Below are positions 25,185-38,627 of a DNA stretch of 64,000 nt, in pieces. Every line of letters begins with the position of its first letter. Within the stretch, counting starts at the first letter, position 1. The DNA lies in assembly GCA_951406725.2 (NCBI GenBank), contig OX597820.1, forward strand, positions 99,448,001-99,512,000. Reading direction: 5' to 3'. A program made the translations under genes and the position numbers. The notes beneath the pieces were generated by a model, which worked only from the letters and a program-made list of their open reading frames with translations, searched no databases and had not been told where the DNA came from. The DNA comes from Octopus vulgaris (Eukaryota).

Positions 25185-25891
25185 CTTCCTGGACAGGTGG
25201 TAGTTAAAAAACTAACCAACCCGTGTTCGGAGATAAAGTTGCCTGTCTTAATTTCCCTTCCACGCGTTACCCATACTGTCTCTTTCACTATGGCTACTAC
25301 GCAGAAGAATGACGCCTCCTTTTCCTTGTTAAAGGAGGGAGGCGGCACAATCTTTATGATAGACTCAATCGATAACCGTACTCTTTCCGTATCTGACACC
25401 AGTTGTTGAACCTTCGATTGATTTCCGGCGCAACACTCAACCAATCACAACGCAGGGTTCAACACTCACATGATAGGTACATTAACCAATCACTATAGAT
25501 TATAGTGATGAGCCTATATAAATCAAAATGCTTTCAATATACCATATTAGAAAGTGGTCTAAAAGATGGAAGCGTGTTGCACGATTGCTGGGAGTGAAAG
25601 TCACTGCATGAACACGCCATAAGTCAGCTACCAAGATTTCAGTGGGAAAAACAGGGCTCGTGGGGTCGGCAATCCTGTTTTTTTTTCTGCTTCATGCGTC
25701 CTTTTCGTGTTTTGTTTTGTTAATGTGTACCATTCGATTTTCGATTTCATTGTAATTTTCATTGTACTTTTTACCGTCATGTAATGTTTTATATCATAGT
25801 TTTAACATGACCCCAATCATGTTGTACTGTCCCCCTCTATGTTGGCCCCTTGTGGGTAATAAAGAAATCATTAGAAAGTGGTCTCACTACA
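25185..25891 (+). mobile_element. Probable solo LTR hosting the LINE fragment
   Basis: Ends ctcactaca like the other LTRs here; 25410-25527 is homologous to about 60465-60596 (CCAAT and TATA-like motifs). The left edge is uncertain. Confidence 0.45.
25561..25869 (+). mobile_element. 5'-truncated LINE 3' end (L1/Tx1-like)
   Basis: 15-bp TSD attagaaagtggtct (25546-25560, 25870-25884); starts KRWKRVARLLGVKVTA*; T-rich UTR ending ggccccttgtgggtaataaagaaat. Clade assignment is tentative. Confidence 0.65.
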
Positions 25892-28800
25892 GTCTCTTGT
25901 TGTTCGGGAAAGACAGTTTTGTAATTTCTTTTTGAATAACCTGCACAAACGATTTGTTTATAGTGATCAAATGTATGTGCTGTACACTAGCTCACGCTCC
26001 TCCATCAAATCGACGTTGCCTGTTACAGGTGTACAAGTGTAGCACGCATCGGGTGTCAAAGAATCGCAGAGAAACATGAAATGAAGTGTTTTGCTGAAGA
26101 ACACGATGCACCATCCAGTCCAGGAACTGAAACCACGATCAGGCAATCGCGAATGCAACACCCTAACAACTAGGTAATGCGCCCGCGGCAATTTGTTGAA
26201 CAAGGTTTATTTCACGACTGTGGTGTTGTGGTAAGTTTTTTAACGAGCGTTCGACTGTTTCGTTGTGTTTCGTTTTGAGACCAAGAGAATATTTCGCTGC
26301 TACTGTTTGTCTCATTTGCACAGGAAAATTTTTGTGTGTAGAAATTCACTTGCAATGTTTGTATTATGTGAAATACTTTATTTGTGCTAACAGGAAACAA
26401 TGTGTTTTGCACACAAGCCTTTCTATATTATGCGTACAAGGCCTGAACTTTTTTGCTCACCTGGTATTATTTTATCGATCACGAAAGGATGAACGATAAA
26501 GTCGATCTCCGCGGGATTTGAACTCAGAACGTAAAGCCGGAAGAAAGGCCGCTAAGCATTTTTTCCGGCGTGCTAACGATTCCTCCAGCTCATCACCTTT
26601 GTTTTGTTTGCAATCAAAAGAAGGAAGAACATTTCGTTGTTGCGGTTATGTAATAAGTCAGTCTATTGTAGGCACATGATGAAAGCCATTTCCGACATAT
26701 TTTCGTGACAGACATAAATTTCTGCGTGTACGCGTGTGCGTGTGTCACGCGATGGAAAGACAGACATGGAAAGAATGAGTGAGAGATATACATAATAAAG
26801 TAAAGAAGAATTGATGATGGGAACGTAAAGGAGTGAGAAGGGAAAAGGGAGACGAGTAAAAGCGAAAGGTTGATTGCTTGAAGAGGAGTAATTAAGAAGC
26901 AGTAATTAGAGAAAAGGCAGAAAATTAAGAAGAATTGCAAGATAGAACTGGATGGTAACAGATATTAGAAAGCGAAGAAGCAAAAGAGGAGTAGAATGTT
27001 TAGAGAGAAAGAAAGAAAGTAAGGAAGAGAGAGAGAGGGGGGAGAGTTGTGGTTATAAAGCAGGAATAGAGAAATAGAGGAAAACAGTAGGAAGAGAGAA
27101 GTTTATAGAGGCGGAGAAAGAAAAACCGGAACAAAAAGGAATTGGGAACGGAAAAAATGGGTGTGAATAGATGAGGTTAGAGGAAGTGACGTTGTCACCT
27201 TTAAAAAATGCGGTTGAACTTGACTGAAGACAATAACCGAAAAGAAAACGGAAGCAAAATGTGAAGTTGGGGAAATTTCGGAAACTTTAGAGCGTCAGTA
27301 GAGATCTAAATAGCCACTAGATCCGCTAAAAATAGCAGGTAACAAATCTCTTTTAAATCACACCTCTAGGTTCGAAGGAGATTTGCTGACTCACTGGGAA
27401 ATGTTTTTCAAGAAGAGCTCTCCCATTAAAAGATGTGATGGTCACTGGTGTAATGTCGATGATTATAGGTTTGCTGGATTAGGATTGATTTGGGTTAAAC
27501 AACAGCACGTGGTATTTAGTCTCATCGCTTTATATTCTGAGTTTGCTTCTCACCAATGTCAACTTTGCCCTTCATCTGTGTTACCAATTATACAATAAGT
27601 GTGTTACCAATTATACAACAGTAACACCTCATTTAGTCTGCTGCTGTAACATTTCTGTAATTCCCCCAGTTTTACAAATTAACGCAACCTTTTACGAGAA
27701 ATCATTTTATGACTATAGTCGATCCCGCAGTTTTAATTCTTGTTATTGCTGTTATTGTTGTTTAGCTCTTGGTAAGCTCTGATAAAGCAAATTTATGATG
27801 AAAAGCGTTCCGGTGTTGACCATCCAGTCTTTTTATATAGCTATGTCTACATTATCCACCCATGTCGTTCCTTTTTTTAAGACGGTAGGTTGAGATTTGA
27901 GTGAGGTCTGGTTGCTATTTTCAACAGATCAAGTTACTACTTCGTGAGTGCTTCGTTTTACCTCAAATCAATCCTGATCAAGAAGACCCATGACCAGGAA
28001 GATCTGGCTACTATTTCTAGTAAGCTGGCAGATCATAGAAGTTTTCTCATTGGCACGTTCTTGCCCTACAGTACTAGCAGTACTTGTGTTGTCAATGATA
28101 GTGCAAACGTGTTCTGTACAGTAAACTGTGTATTCCGGAAGGGAAAACGTAACAGTTGGCGGCGTTATTAGTAGTTATGGGGCGGATAGCACTTCTGCTT
28201 TCACAAACCCTCTGAGATGGGTAAGAGTTCCTCTTTGAACATTTACAAGTTGTCAGTTGTAAAAAAAAAAAAAATTATGTACAGTAAAGGAATTCCACAG
28301 AATTGACATTCTGGGAAAATAAAGGAGTGGGAATAGTGGTTAATGCGTTAATAAAGGGCCTGGAGAGGAACACAAAATGTTTGAGGAGATGATGGGACAA
28401 GGCGGTGTCGTTTGAAGACATGGGTGCACTGGAGGCCTCATGAGTCGAGACAAAGCCGGATAAAGACCTTCAGTGGGAGTGGTCACTAATTTGAACTATG
28501 CAAGTGTTCGTGACAAACTATATTAAATGGGCTTTGAAGAAGCATGTGTAATGAATGTCAGAAGGCAATTATTAAACAAAACAGTGTGACTTTATTAAAA
28601 TGGGAACGAGTGCTGACAAACAGCAAGAGGTGTAGCGGGTATATATGTATATGAGTCAGGTAAAGTATTATGACATACTTTGCACAAAATGATTCTGTTG
28701 GAAGTCGTTGTGAGCTAATAGGAATGAAGCTAGCTTAAATGAAGATATACAGTTCATTATGAGGCAGAGTTGTGCCTGATGCCATCCAGACTTTGGAGGA

Positions 28801-31800
28801 GCGAAGTTAGCATAAATGAACTAGGTTGTTCAAGAGGTGACAAGTCGAGAGCCGATATAACTTCAAGTGAGTTGCACAAAATTGGTGGAGAACACACAAA
28901 AACTGTTGCATGTTGGAAGAATAACTGCCGCTTCTACATTGTCTTTTCGCTAACTTCTTAAAAACTGCGCTTCTCTTCTTGGGCAGAGCAGGGCCATTTG
29001 TATTCCTACGCGTCCAGCCTTGATTGGCTGGAGCATGCCATAGCACAACTGTACTATGCCCCGAAAACAAAAAGATATAGCTTTCCTGACTCACTACAGT
29101 ACCCCCTGTTCAAACTACAACTTAATATAAACAACAGTATGAAGGAAAAGGAAGACAAAATGCAAAGCGAAATGTTCAAACAATGGAAAAAGAAGAAAAG
29201 ATGAATACAATAAGAAAAGCAAGCATGTAAAAATGAGACAATGACAGGCACTTAAGGCCAGTTCATATATAAATAGTTTTACAAAGTCTCTTGGGTCAAT
29301 GGACGCAACGACTACTGCGGGTTGTCGTTCTGTGTGCTGGTAGAGGTGGGGAAGATGTGTGTGGGCAGTGTGTGTGTTGGGTGTATGAGGTTCCGAGGTA
29401 TGAGCATTTATATAGGCCCTTTTAAGCCTGTCAACAGAGATAGTGCCTCTGGAACCATTGCAGTCAGTTGTGAAATATTTGTTAGAACGAGAAAGAACAC
29501 GATAAGGTCCTGATTAAGGTTGAGTGAGAGGACTTCTCACGGCGTCGTTTCTGGCGAAAACGTGAGTCCACCAGGCCATGTCCTTCGGAACCGCAAGTTT
29601 CACGGTTTGGTGCCGAGTATTCATCGGTGATAGGTTTTGAAGATAAATACGAAAGTGGTTCACATAAAGAGCAGAATCTTGCGTCGAAAGGTCTACTAGG
29701 TATTGCAGCTCCGCTGGGGAGTATCCGAGACCCTCCTTGAACGAAGTCCGAATGCCGAGGAGTACTATGGAGAAGTTCTCGATTCAGCGTTGATTATCAG
29801 GATACACAGGAAATGCGGCTTTCAACTGTCGATGGAAACACTCCACCATTCCGTTGGATGCAGGATGGTGACTTGTTGTACGTATCCGGTGAGCACCGAT
29901 CATCGGTGCTTACCGGATACGTAAAAAGCTCTTAGTAAGTTCTGAGAAGAGGTGGGAACCCAAACTGACTACCACGGTCTGTAGTGATGGTGGTACGACA
30001 CCGTAACGCGATATCCAGCCTACGGGGTAAGCAGAAATATCAACTAGAGGAATGGCTTCAGGCCAATAAGTGAAACGATCAATGCAAGTAAGGATGTAAG
30101 TATATCCTTGACTGCCGGGCCAGGGTCCAACAAGATCAATGTGAATCTAACGGAAGCGCGCGTTTGATGTGCTGAAGGTGCTGAGAGGTACACGAATGTG
30201 TTTATGCACCTTCGAACTTTGATAGTAGAGGTAAGAACGAGACCAGTCAGTGATGTTATACCTCATGTCTGGCCATAAGAATCTAGCCGTAATGAGCTTC
30301 ACTGAGACCGGGGCTTCAGGATGCGATAGATTATGCAGAGCATCGAATACAGCTCATCTATGAGTCTCTGGGACGAAGGGACGAAGCGAATCTGCCGATA
30401 CGTCACACAGGATCATTTTGTTGGAGGTTGGTACAGGCAAGTATTTGAATTTGCACATCGCCTATTCAGAAGAATTTTGAGTGAGTCCAGAGAAGGCTGC
30501 TCTGAGGGCTAAACATTCAGATCAATATCCACAGTGGACGCTAAAAAACTGATCGGCAGACGGGACAATGCATCTGCAGCAGTGTTTTCTGCACCGGAGA
30601 TGTGTTGAATATCGCTGGTGAACTGCGATATAAAGTCAAAGTGTCGAGTCTCTTTCTGTGAGTACTTTTCCAGCTTGGACCGTAAGTTAGATCTAAGAGG
30701 TTTATGGTCAATATATATAGAGAAGCCCCTTCTTTCCAGGATGTGCTGAAAATGCTTCACTGACAGGCATATTACCAACAATCCACGACTGCAGGCGCTG
30801 TAACGCGTCTAAATAGGTTTCAGCTACCGAGAGAAAAACGTAAGAGGTTGCAAGTGTTGCTGATGAAATTGCTGTAAAGCAGCACCGATTGCTGTGTCTG
30901 ATGCATCAATCACAAGCGAAAGTTTTGCATCAGAGACAGGATGTGTAAGGAGAGCCGCTTTAGAAAGTTCGTGTTTCACAGCGTCAAAAGCTCTTGTTCG
31001 AGTAGGAGTCAGCGAAATGGTTTCATTCTTCTTATGTCGGTTCTTGAGAAGCTCAGTGAGTGGAGACAAGAGTCCAGCGCAGTAAGGAATGAATCGACGA
31101 TAGAAGTTAAATAAACCGAGGCTGTGGCGTAACTGACGAAAGGAAGTCGAAGGAGGATGTCCTTAATGGCTCGCACTTTGCTTGGTAAAGGTTGAATACT
31201 ATCTTTATGATGTGACCAAGAAACACAAGGGTGGATGCGTCAAAAACACATTTAGCTGGGTTAATCCGCACTTTATACTGGGTAAATCGCTGGAAAAGTA
31301 ACCTTAAATGATGAGCATGTTCTTCCGCTGAAGAACTGGCAACCAGAAGATCGTCGATGCAGGCATAGACGAAATCCCGTCCACTAATGACTTCGTCTAT
31401 GAACTGCTAAAGAGTGCTGGCAGCATTTCGAAGGCTAAATGGTATAGTCAAGGATTCGAAAGAGCCAAATGGCGTTGTTACTGCCGTCTTCGGAATGTCT
31501 TCAGGGTGGACAGAGATCTGGTGATAAGCCCTGATGAGATCGAGCTTGGAAAACACAGTACAGCCATGCAATGAGGGGGAAAAAAACTTTCAGGTGAGAA
31601 ATCGAATACCTATCAGGAGTAGTGATAGCACTGAGACACCTAAAATCCCCCGTAGGGTGAAAATCGCCAGAGTTCTTGGGTACCGTGTGAAGGGGCGGGG
31701 CCCACTGACTTGTAGAAGGGCGGATAATCCAGAACTGCAACGTGTGATTAATCTCTGCTTTCGCTTCCTCTAACTTTTCCGGAGGTAGACGACGAGGACG

Positions 31801-31974
31801 TGAAAACACCATTCATTGAGATGAAATGTTCCATAGAGTGAGCAAGAGTATTCACTTGGAAATTCAGGTTGGTGAGCTCCGAGAAAGAGTCTAACATCAA
31901 TTGGTATTAGTTTCCAGTTGCTGTGATAAAGAATACTGGGCTGACCGACGAAGTAGTCGACTTTTGGCCAAAGA

Positions 31975-32200
31975 TAGCTGGCAGAAACGTTAGCACGCCG
32001 GGCGAAATGCTTAGCGGTATTTCGTCTGCCGTTACGTTGTGAGTTCAAATTCCGCCGAGGTCGACTTTCCCTTTCATCCTTTCGGGGTCGATAAATTAAG
32101 TACCAGTTACGCACTGGGGTCGATGTAATCGACTTAATACCTATGTCTGTCCTTGTTTGTCCCCTCTGTGTTTAACCCCTTGTGGGTAATAAAGAAATAG
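31975..32200 (+). mobile_element. SINE family B (Meta-domain-like) inserted in the Gypsy pol
   Basis: gagttcaaattccgccgaggtcgacttt.cctttcatcctttcggggtcgataaattaagtaccag core. Other copies at about 7315, 26460(-), 38068, 42460, 45660, 53865, 54235, 57389, 62203, 63438, 63670. Confidence 0.85.
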
Positions 32201-33410
32201 GTATTGGCGAGTGGTTCACAGCTTGCAGGGTAATCGAAGAAAGAGTAGGTTTATCTTTGACGGATCTCACTGGCCAAATACTGCAGCCAGCACCAGCGCG
32301 AACTGGGAGCAGCTGTCGTGCTCCGTGTCCCTCTGCAGCATTTTCCTGACTCGAGTAAGAACACAGTGGAGTACATTTCTGGGCAGCAGCACCAAAACGT
32401 CTATGGTACAAACAGTGTGTCGACGAAAAAGCAGGAAAGAATGTCGTCTGGGAGAGGATGAACGACTAAATGACCACCGGCGTGGAGAAGAATTCTGCAC
32501 ACCACGTAAATGTTTGACTTCTCTAGTTAATTCCAGAATGGCCAGTAGGGTTGCCGCTTGCGTCGAATCATGCTCCGATGAGACAGATGCTACCGAAGAC
32601 GAAGAAACAGCAGCAAGTAGCCAGGCAGGCGTGGTAGCAACACTTTCGCCAGTATAATCCAATACCTTATCAGCAGAGTAAGCCAACTGGTTCACAGTAC
32701 TGGCCTCCATCATGGGGGCGAGGTGGCCTGCACATTTGATGGTAAACAGAAGACAAACTGCTTAAGCATGGCGCTGTCCGCAAATGCACCCTCTCTCATT
32801 GCGGGTCAAGGAATGCAACACGCACGAATTACCAAAATGTGGTAAACACTGCTCTCACAGGAAAGAAATCAAGCATGGCTAGAAAAAAAATTAACCCTAG
32901 TATTGTTTTGTGATTTTTTAATAATTATAACACAAATCCAGGAAAACGGCGTAAATTTACGAAACAGGCCCGAATGTAACATCAATGGCTGCGAGCGGGA
33001 AAATGAAATCCTAATCGAGGCAAGACATGCGCGTTGGACACCGTTGCGCATGCGTAAGGCGCCACGAGGTTACGCGTGAACAAGAAGCTCGGCAAAACGG
33101 CAGCCATATTAAAAATCAAAAGCACCCATGTGGTGTAAACGAAAAATAAGGATATCATGTGAAGAATGTAACTAGCGATATTTCTTTGAAAAATACAATA
33201 GATGGCTTTTACATGTTAGCTTTGCGCAATTTCACAGTTTAGGTTTGCTCAGCATTGTTCTATAATTTCTTTTTGAATATGCGTCTGAATGATATCACAA
33301 GTTGTTCAAATTGGTCTTTGCAATATTATTTTTTAAAAATATTTCCCCCAAAAATATTTAACCGTCTAGATCACTAACTTAGTGAGAGTGGTCACTGATT
33401 TGAAATATGC

Positions 33411-33993
33411 TTGATTCGACGGTCATTCGGAATGCTCACAGCAGCCATATTCCTGCCACTCTATGTCACGCTGGTGAGACTCATATTGGAGTATGGGATT
33501 CAAGCCTCTTCTCCTTATCTCCTCAAAGACATACAGCACCTCGAAAGAGTCCAGAGGCTGGCTACCCGCATGGTTCATGGTCTCAAAAATTTGTCCTACG
33601 AAGAAAGGCTGAGGACGCTCGACCGTTATTCTCTTGAAAAACGCCGCCGCCGTGGTGATCTCATTCTCGCCCACAACATCATAAGCGGAAAGTGTAACCT
33701 CTCGAAAGAGCTGTTCTTCACTCCTGCTCCGGAGCGTCGGCTGCGGGGTCATTCCGAAAAGCTCTACCTGCGACGATTTCATCTCAATCGAAGGAGAGGA
33801 GCTTTCTCCGTCCGGGTTGCGGATCCGTGGAACAAGCTGCCAGACGAGATGGTGAAGATGCCGACGACTGCTTTGTTCAAAGCCTCCCTGGACCTCAAGT
33901 GGCCTGAACTCTTTACATGAACACCACCCTGTACTTAACTCCATGTCCCCCTACATGGCCTTGCTATTTGCTTTTGAGCCAAATTAACTAACT
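33411..33993 (+). mobile_element. 5'-truncated CR1-clade LINE inserted in the Gypsy 5' LTR
   Basis: Open 169-aa frame LYVTLVRLILEY...LERVQRLATRMV...SYEERLRTL...RRRGDLI...RGHSEKL...FSVRVADPWNKLP; (TAAC)n tail; interrupts LTR at tatgc|aagtgttc compared with 28497-28508. Confidence 0.93.
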
Positions 33994-34826
33994 AAGTGTT
34001 CGTGACAAAGTACATTAAATGTGCATTCAAGGAGTATGTATAACGAATGTCAGAAGGCAGTTATTAAACAAAACATAGTAACTATTTAAAATAAGAACGA
34101 GTGCTGACAAGTAGCAAGAGGTGTAGAGGGTATATATGTATATGAGTTAGGTAAAGTATTATAACTTTCTTTTGCACAAAATGATTCTGTTGGAAGTCGA
34201 TGTAAGCTAATAGGAATGAAGCTAGCTTAAATGAAGATAGACATTTCATTACGAGGCAGAGTTGTGCCTGATGTCATCCAGACTTTGGAGGAGCGAAGTT
34301 AGCATAAATGAACTAGGTTGTTCAGGAGGTGACAAGTCCAACCTTGATTGGCTGGAGCATGCCATAACACAACCATACTATGCCGCAACGCGAATATTTA
34401 GCTTTCCTCACTCACTACAGACCCATAGAAGCTCTAAGCCCTTAAAAGATTTTGGTGTTCCCATTTATAAATGTGATTCAAAATATAAACAATAATAAAC
34501 CACAAAATAAGTTTGTAGTTTTCAAAATAAATCAAAATTAAACAGTAAGATGGAAAATAATGTTTATTTTTGTATAATTCCACTTTATTTATATTTGAAA
34601 AGTTTTCTCTTACTTTTTTTTTAATTGCAAAGTCTTTTTACTCAGATCCTCACTGACATCATTTAAACCACTTTAAATATTATTTTAGCGAGTGATTTTT
34701 TTTCTGTATCGTAAACCATTTGCCATTTCTGCGCTGCCCTACTCCTCTTGATACTCTAAGCACGTGCTTATTTTGCTTATTGGTTAATCCAGAGCTGGGT
34801 CGAGCGCACCATTCTGGTCTATACCT

Positions 34827-35064
34827 ATTTCTTTAATGCCCACAAGGGGCTAAACACAGAGAGGACAAACAAGGACAGACAAACGGATTAAGTCGATTAT
34901 ATCGATCCCAGTGCGTAACTGGTACTTAATTTATCGACCCCGAAAGGATGAAAGGCAAAGTCGACCTCGGCGGAATTTGAACTCAGAACGTAACGGCAGC
35001 TGAAATACCGCAAAGCATTTCGCCCGGCTTGCTAACGTTTCTGCCAGCTCGCCGCCTTAACTTA
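34827..35064 (-). mobile_element. Full-length SINE family B with TSD
   Basis: 16-bp TSD attctggtctatacct (34811-34826, 35065-35080). Confidence 0.92.
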
Positions 35065-35199
35065 ATTCTGGTCTATACCTGCTGTGGTTTGCTGTCAAAT
35101 ATAGAAACCCTATTGGGCCTAGCACATTGATTCTTTAGAGGGGCTTATAATACTGCTAAGACGGGTTTAGATGAAGGATGAATCATGAGTGCTTTAGTT

Positions 35200-35800
35200 G
35201 ATGCTGTGGTTTATAGCGAGTTGAACGTCGGCACAGTGACTCACTTAATCTGAGGAAGTGACGCTAACGTGGTTTAGCTTGTGATTGTTTAGAGCTAGAG
35301 TTAGACCTTATCATCGTCAAGCTCTTCAATTTTTCTCAGAGCAGGTATATTTCCCAGTCTTTGATAACATGCTGCGGTGTATCTCTTCTTCCTGAAGAGC
35401 AACTATCAACTTATCACGCTCACCATTCCTCTAGCATCTTGAGTCTTTTCAGTAACCATTAATACGATTCCCACAAAGTCAGATCTATTGGGGACTCGCT
35501 CGCCTTTGTCATTCATTAGTGGTTCCTTGCTCTTGAGAAGTTCGATGACAGGAATGTCGTTGCTCTTGACTTCATTATTTTCTTTTTGAACTCTTGTGAC
35601 ATGTGAGCTGTGACCTCAAACAATGTTCATCCCTTTTCTAATCAGATCCTGTTTCATTTCTCCTCAATTGTGTGCAGATAATTTATATCAAACTTGTACT
35701 GTTTCTATGAATAAAGACCTCAACAAAATTACGTAGACAAAGAGGACAACAGTGTCGGATTCGCTCCTTCACCAAAAGTCAGTCACGAAGAATTGGCCAT
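35200..35800 (+). mobile_element. Old CR1/L2-group RT relic
   Basis: About 35440-35575 reads LFSNH*YDSHKVRSIGDSLAFVIH*WFLALEKFDDRNVVALDF, resembling the QYGFR..RST.D...VALD RT region. Confidence 0.6.
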
Positions 35801-36288
35801 TGAAAAGATAATTACACTAGCGTTGCCCCAGCGAGGCCACTGCCTTAGGGCTGAAACGTATAAAATAATAAAAGAATAACAAACTTGTTTATGTCCGCCA
35901 AGAAAAGACACGTCATCAGGAAATAATATTAAAACTCACTCTCCCTGGTCTTATACAACACGCAATTAAACCCCATAATGCCTCACAAATACAAAATAGA
36001 AGAGGCTTTAAAGCTTACGTAAAATGAAAAATGAAGTACTTGACTCGCATCTGGAACGATACTGCTGCTGCTATATATATATATATATATTGGAATTCTT
36101 CTCCCTGATAACAAACTACAGTTTCTCTCTATAGCATCTTACTTGGCATCACGCTAATGGGCGAGGGAGGGTGATGAATTTTGAATTTGGCGGCACTAGC
36201 ACTGAATATGATCTTTCTGATACCGTTAGGTGGAGAGATATTCTCTAGTGCCTTCGAATTAATATTTAATTATTAATATTTCTGCAAT

Positions 36289-36374
36289 CCCACGCTGATG
36301 AGCCGAAAATGATCGGGTAAGGTATAGCTATTTATCCTTTATACCGATCTAATTCCGAAACGCGCGTACATGGG
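36289..36374 (+). ncRNA. Type-I hammerhead ribozyme motif in a short element (about 36270-36556) ending at (TA)n
   Basis: CCCACG CUGAUGA G...GAUCGG...CCGAUC...C GAA ACGCGCGU A CAUGGG: full core, GUA cleavage triplet, palindromic stem III, stem I with one mismatch. Confidence 0.8.
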
Positions 36375-37424
36375 TAACCTAATACCGATTGATTTTCGTT
36401 ATTTTTCCCTTTTGCCTGCGTGGATTGTTTTCAAGCACTTTGGTTTTTCTGGGAGCCCCTTTTAAAGTAGAAGGAATAGCTAAGATTTTTTGACTGCTAT
36501 TTCTAAACTTCGGTATGTGGTGAAGCAAATCTCTGCTGAACCCTAATTATAAAGTATATATATATATAAACATCCTACAACATATCCAATTGAAGGCTAT
36601 CTGAATGGTTGTCTATGACTATAACTAACCAGCACATACTCTGGTGCACGGATGTGGTGTTTCATCTATATATGTCTATTATATGTCAAACCTATTCAAA
36701 AACCCGTGTCTCCTCTCCTACTCACTCCTATAATGTCTCACCGTCAAAGTTCGTCACTAATATTTTGTCCAATCCTTCCCCCACAGAACGACGTACCTTT
36801 GAAATCTTTCCCCTTGCTCAAGTTTTTCTTTCAAATGTCAGCGCACAGATGTTAGAAGCTTACACTGGACAGAAATTATATCGATTTCACAGGTCAAGGT
36901 GACTTTGCAAAGGTCATAGTAACTCCCCTTGCAGCTGAATAAGCTATAAAAAAGATTGTTACGGAGCTTAGAATCGAAACCGCGTTATACCTGTAACGAA
37001 AAATAAGCCACTATATATCAGACGACTTGCTCTAAATTCTAACCAATCATACTTTAGCTGCGATAATTTGATCGTACGTTTTCTGGTGGAATTTTCTATG
37101 ATTTTGCCGCCAAAATATGGCTCTAAATGTAGAAGTGCAAGAGATTCAGAGAGAGGTTTCAGTGGTCCGTGAGAAGACAAGTTTCTTGGTTGCTGCTCGA
37201 TCCTGGCTTACAAGGAATCGTTTGTCTATCATGAACATATAGTACTGGCACCTCTCACAATACGAATAAGTAACCGTTGTGTGGTAAGTTTGCTTCCCAG
37301 CCACTTAGTTTCGGGTTCAGTCCCTCTGCGTGATATTTTGGGCTAGCGACTTCTACTATAGCGTCGGGTTAACCAAAGCTTTGTGAGTAGATCTGGTTGA
37401 CAGAAACTGAAAGAAGCCCGTCAT

Positions 37425-37493
<69 letters not shown>

Positions 37494-37522
37494 GACCGCG
37501 TGTATACCGATGGCGATTTTTG

Positions 37523-38410
37523 GGATCTTTTCAATTCTGAAGCCAGTTTTTTCAAATTTTTCCTACTGAACCAAACAATTTGAAACTTCGTATACTGGTA
37601 GAATGTGTCAAAAGTAAACTTAATTGTAAACCAGAATGAAAACGGAATTGTAACTTCTAAGTTTAACGTTGTTTAATAATTAGAATTTTAACCAATGATA
37701 TTCCGTCATTCGGCTTTATTTTATTTACTCCGTCTCGACCACCAATTTGGTGACGTATTAAACATCTTAAATGTAAACAAGCCGCATGTCTCCGTGAAAT
37801 CTACTTCTAATTATTTAATGTACTCATGTTTCCAGGATCCTATAGTCAGCCACCTTCTAATAACAATATTTAAAACTAGTTAATAAGCCACATGTATTAA
37901 ATTGAAAATGTTTCCATTCTGTTAGTACTTGCTTTCGTTTGCTATTAAGAAGTGGCATCTCAGTGACGAGGCTTCTAACAAGATTTCGTTTCTAAGCTAA
38001 TGCGTTTCATTTCACTTATTGTATTTATTTGTGCAAAAGGCAAGAAATTTAATATTAAAAAAGCAAAGAGCTGGCAGAAACGTTAGCACGCCGGGCGAAA
38101 TGCGTAGCCGTATTTCGTCTGCCGTTACGTTCTGTGTTTGTTTACAGTTTTCCGAACGTTAGTACGTCACAAAAGCGCTTTCTACGTCACACTAATAGAA
38201 TGCAGTCAAGTTTTACACATGAAAACAAACAATCTGATTGGTTAAAATTCGCAGTTTTAATCTACGATTAAAGTCATAAAATAGATTTTTCTCAAATAAA
38301 CTAGTTCCAACCTGTGTCTTGTTTTGCTAGACTCTATCAGCATACGAAGTTTCAGAATATTTAGTTAAGTAGAAAGATCTGTGGTCCTGGCTTCAGAATT
38401 GAAAAGATCC
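37523..38410. mobile_element. Merlin-like non-autonomous DNA transposon
   Basis: TIR ggatcttttcaattctgaagccag at both ends; 8-bp TSD gatttttg/gatttttt; splits a copy of the 13259 family and contains a SINE B fragment. Confidence 0.85.
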
Positions 38411-38458
38411 GATTTTTTTCCCTCTGTCTTCCCTTCTCTGGATCTTTCCTTCTCCTAT

Positions 38459-38493
38459 GTTTCCGAAGAAGAGCTCCGCTCGAAACGTTAAAC
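38459..38493 (+). ncRNA. Minimal hammerhead motif (U4C variant), same family as 13357
   Basis: GUUU CCGAAGA A GAGC ucc GCUC GAA ACGU U AAAC. Confidence 0.6.
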
Positions 38494-38580
38494 CCTCCTT
38501 CTTTCCTGAGCGTCCAATAATACTATATTTGTTCCACGTCCTCGCGTTGTTGTGTTTTTTTTGTGCTTTCATGTTTGGAT

Positions 38581-38626
<46 letters not shown>

Positions 38627-38627
<1 letters not shown>

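Larger units (their letters stand above)
28469..34419 (-). mobile_element. Full-span degenerate Ty3/Gypsy LTR retrotransposon
   Basis: LTRs 28469-29098 and 33378-34419 (minus start TGTAGTGAGT); 4-bp TSD gacc; PPT agggggtac; degenerate PBS tagtgatctagacg. Frameshifted gag (YHRRFGAAAQKCTPLC), RT (FVYACIDDLLVAS), RNase H (IDASDTAIGAALQQ, IDHKPL, NTAADALSR) and integrase (IDLVGP, SNGMVECFHRQLK) in Gypsy order. Confidence 0.95.

Noticed and set aside
33411-33920. Host gene for the 169-aa ORF
   Set aside because: It is the CR1 ORF2 C-terminus, 5'-truncated, starting at TTG and inserted in an LTR.
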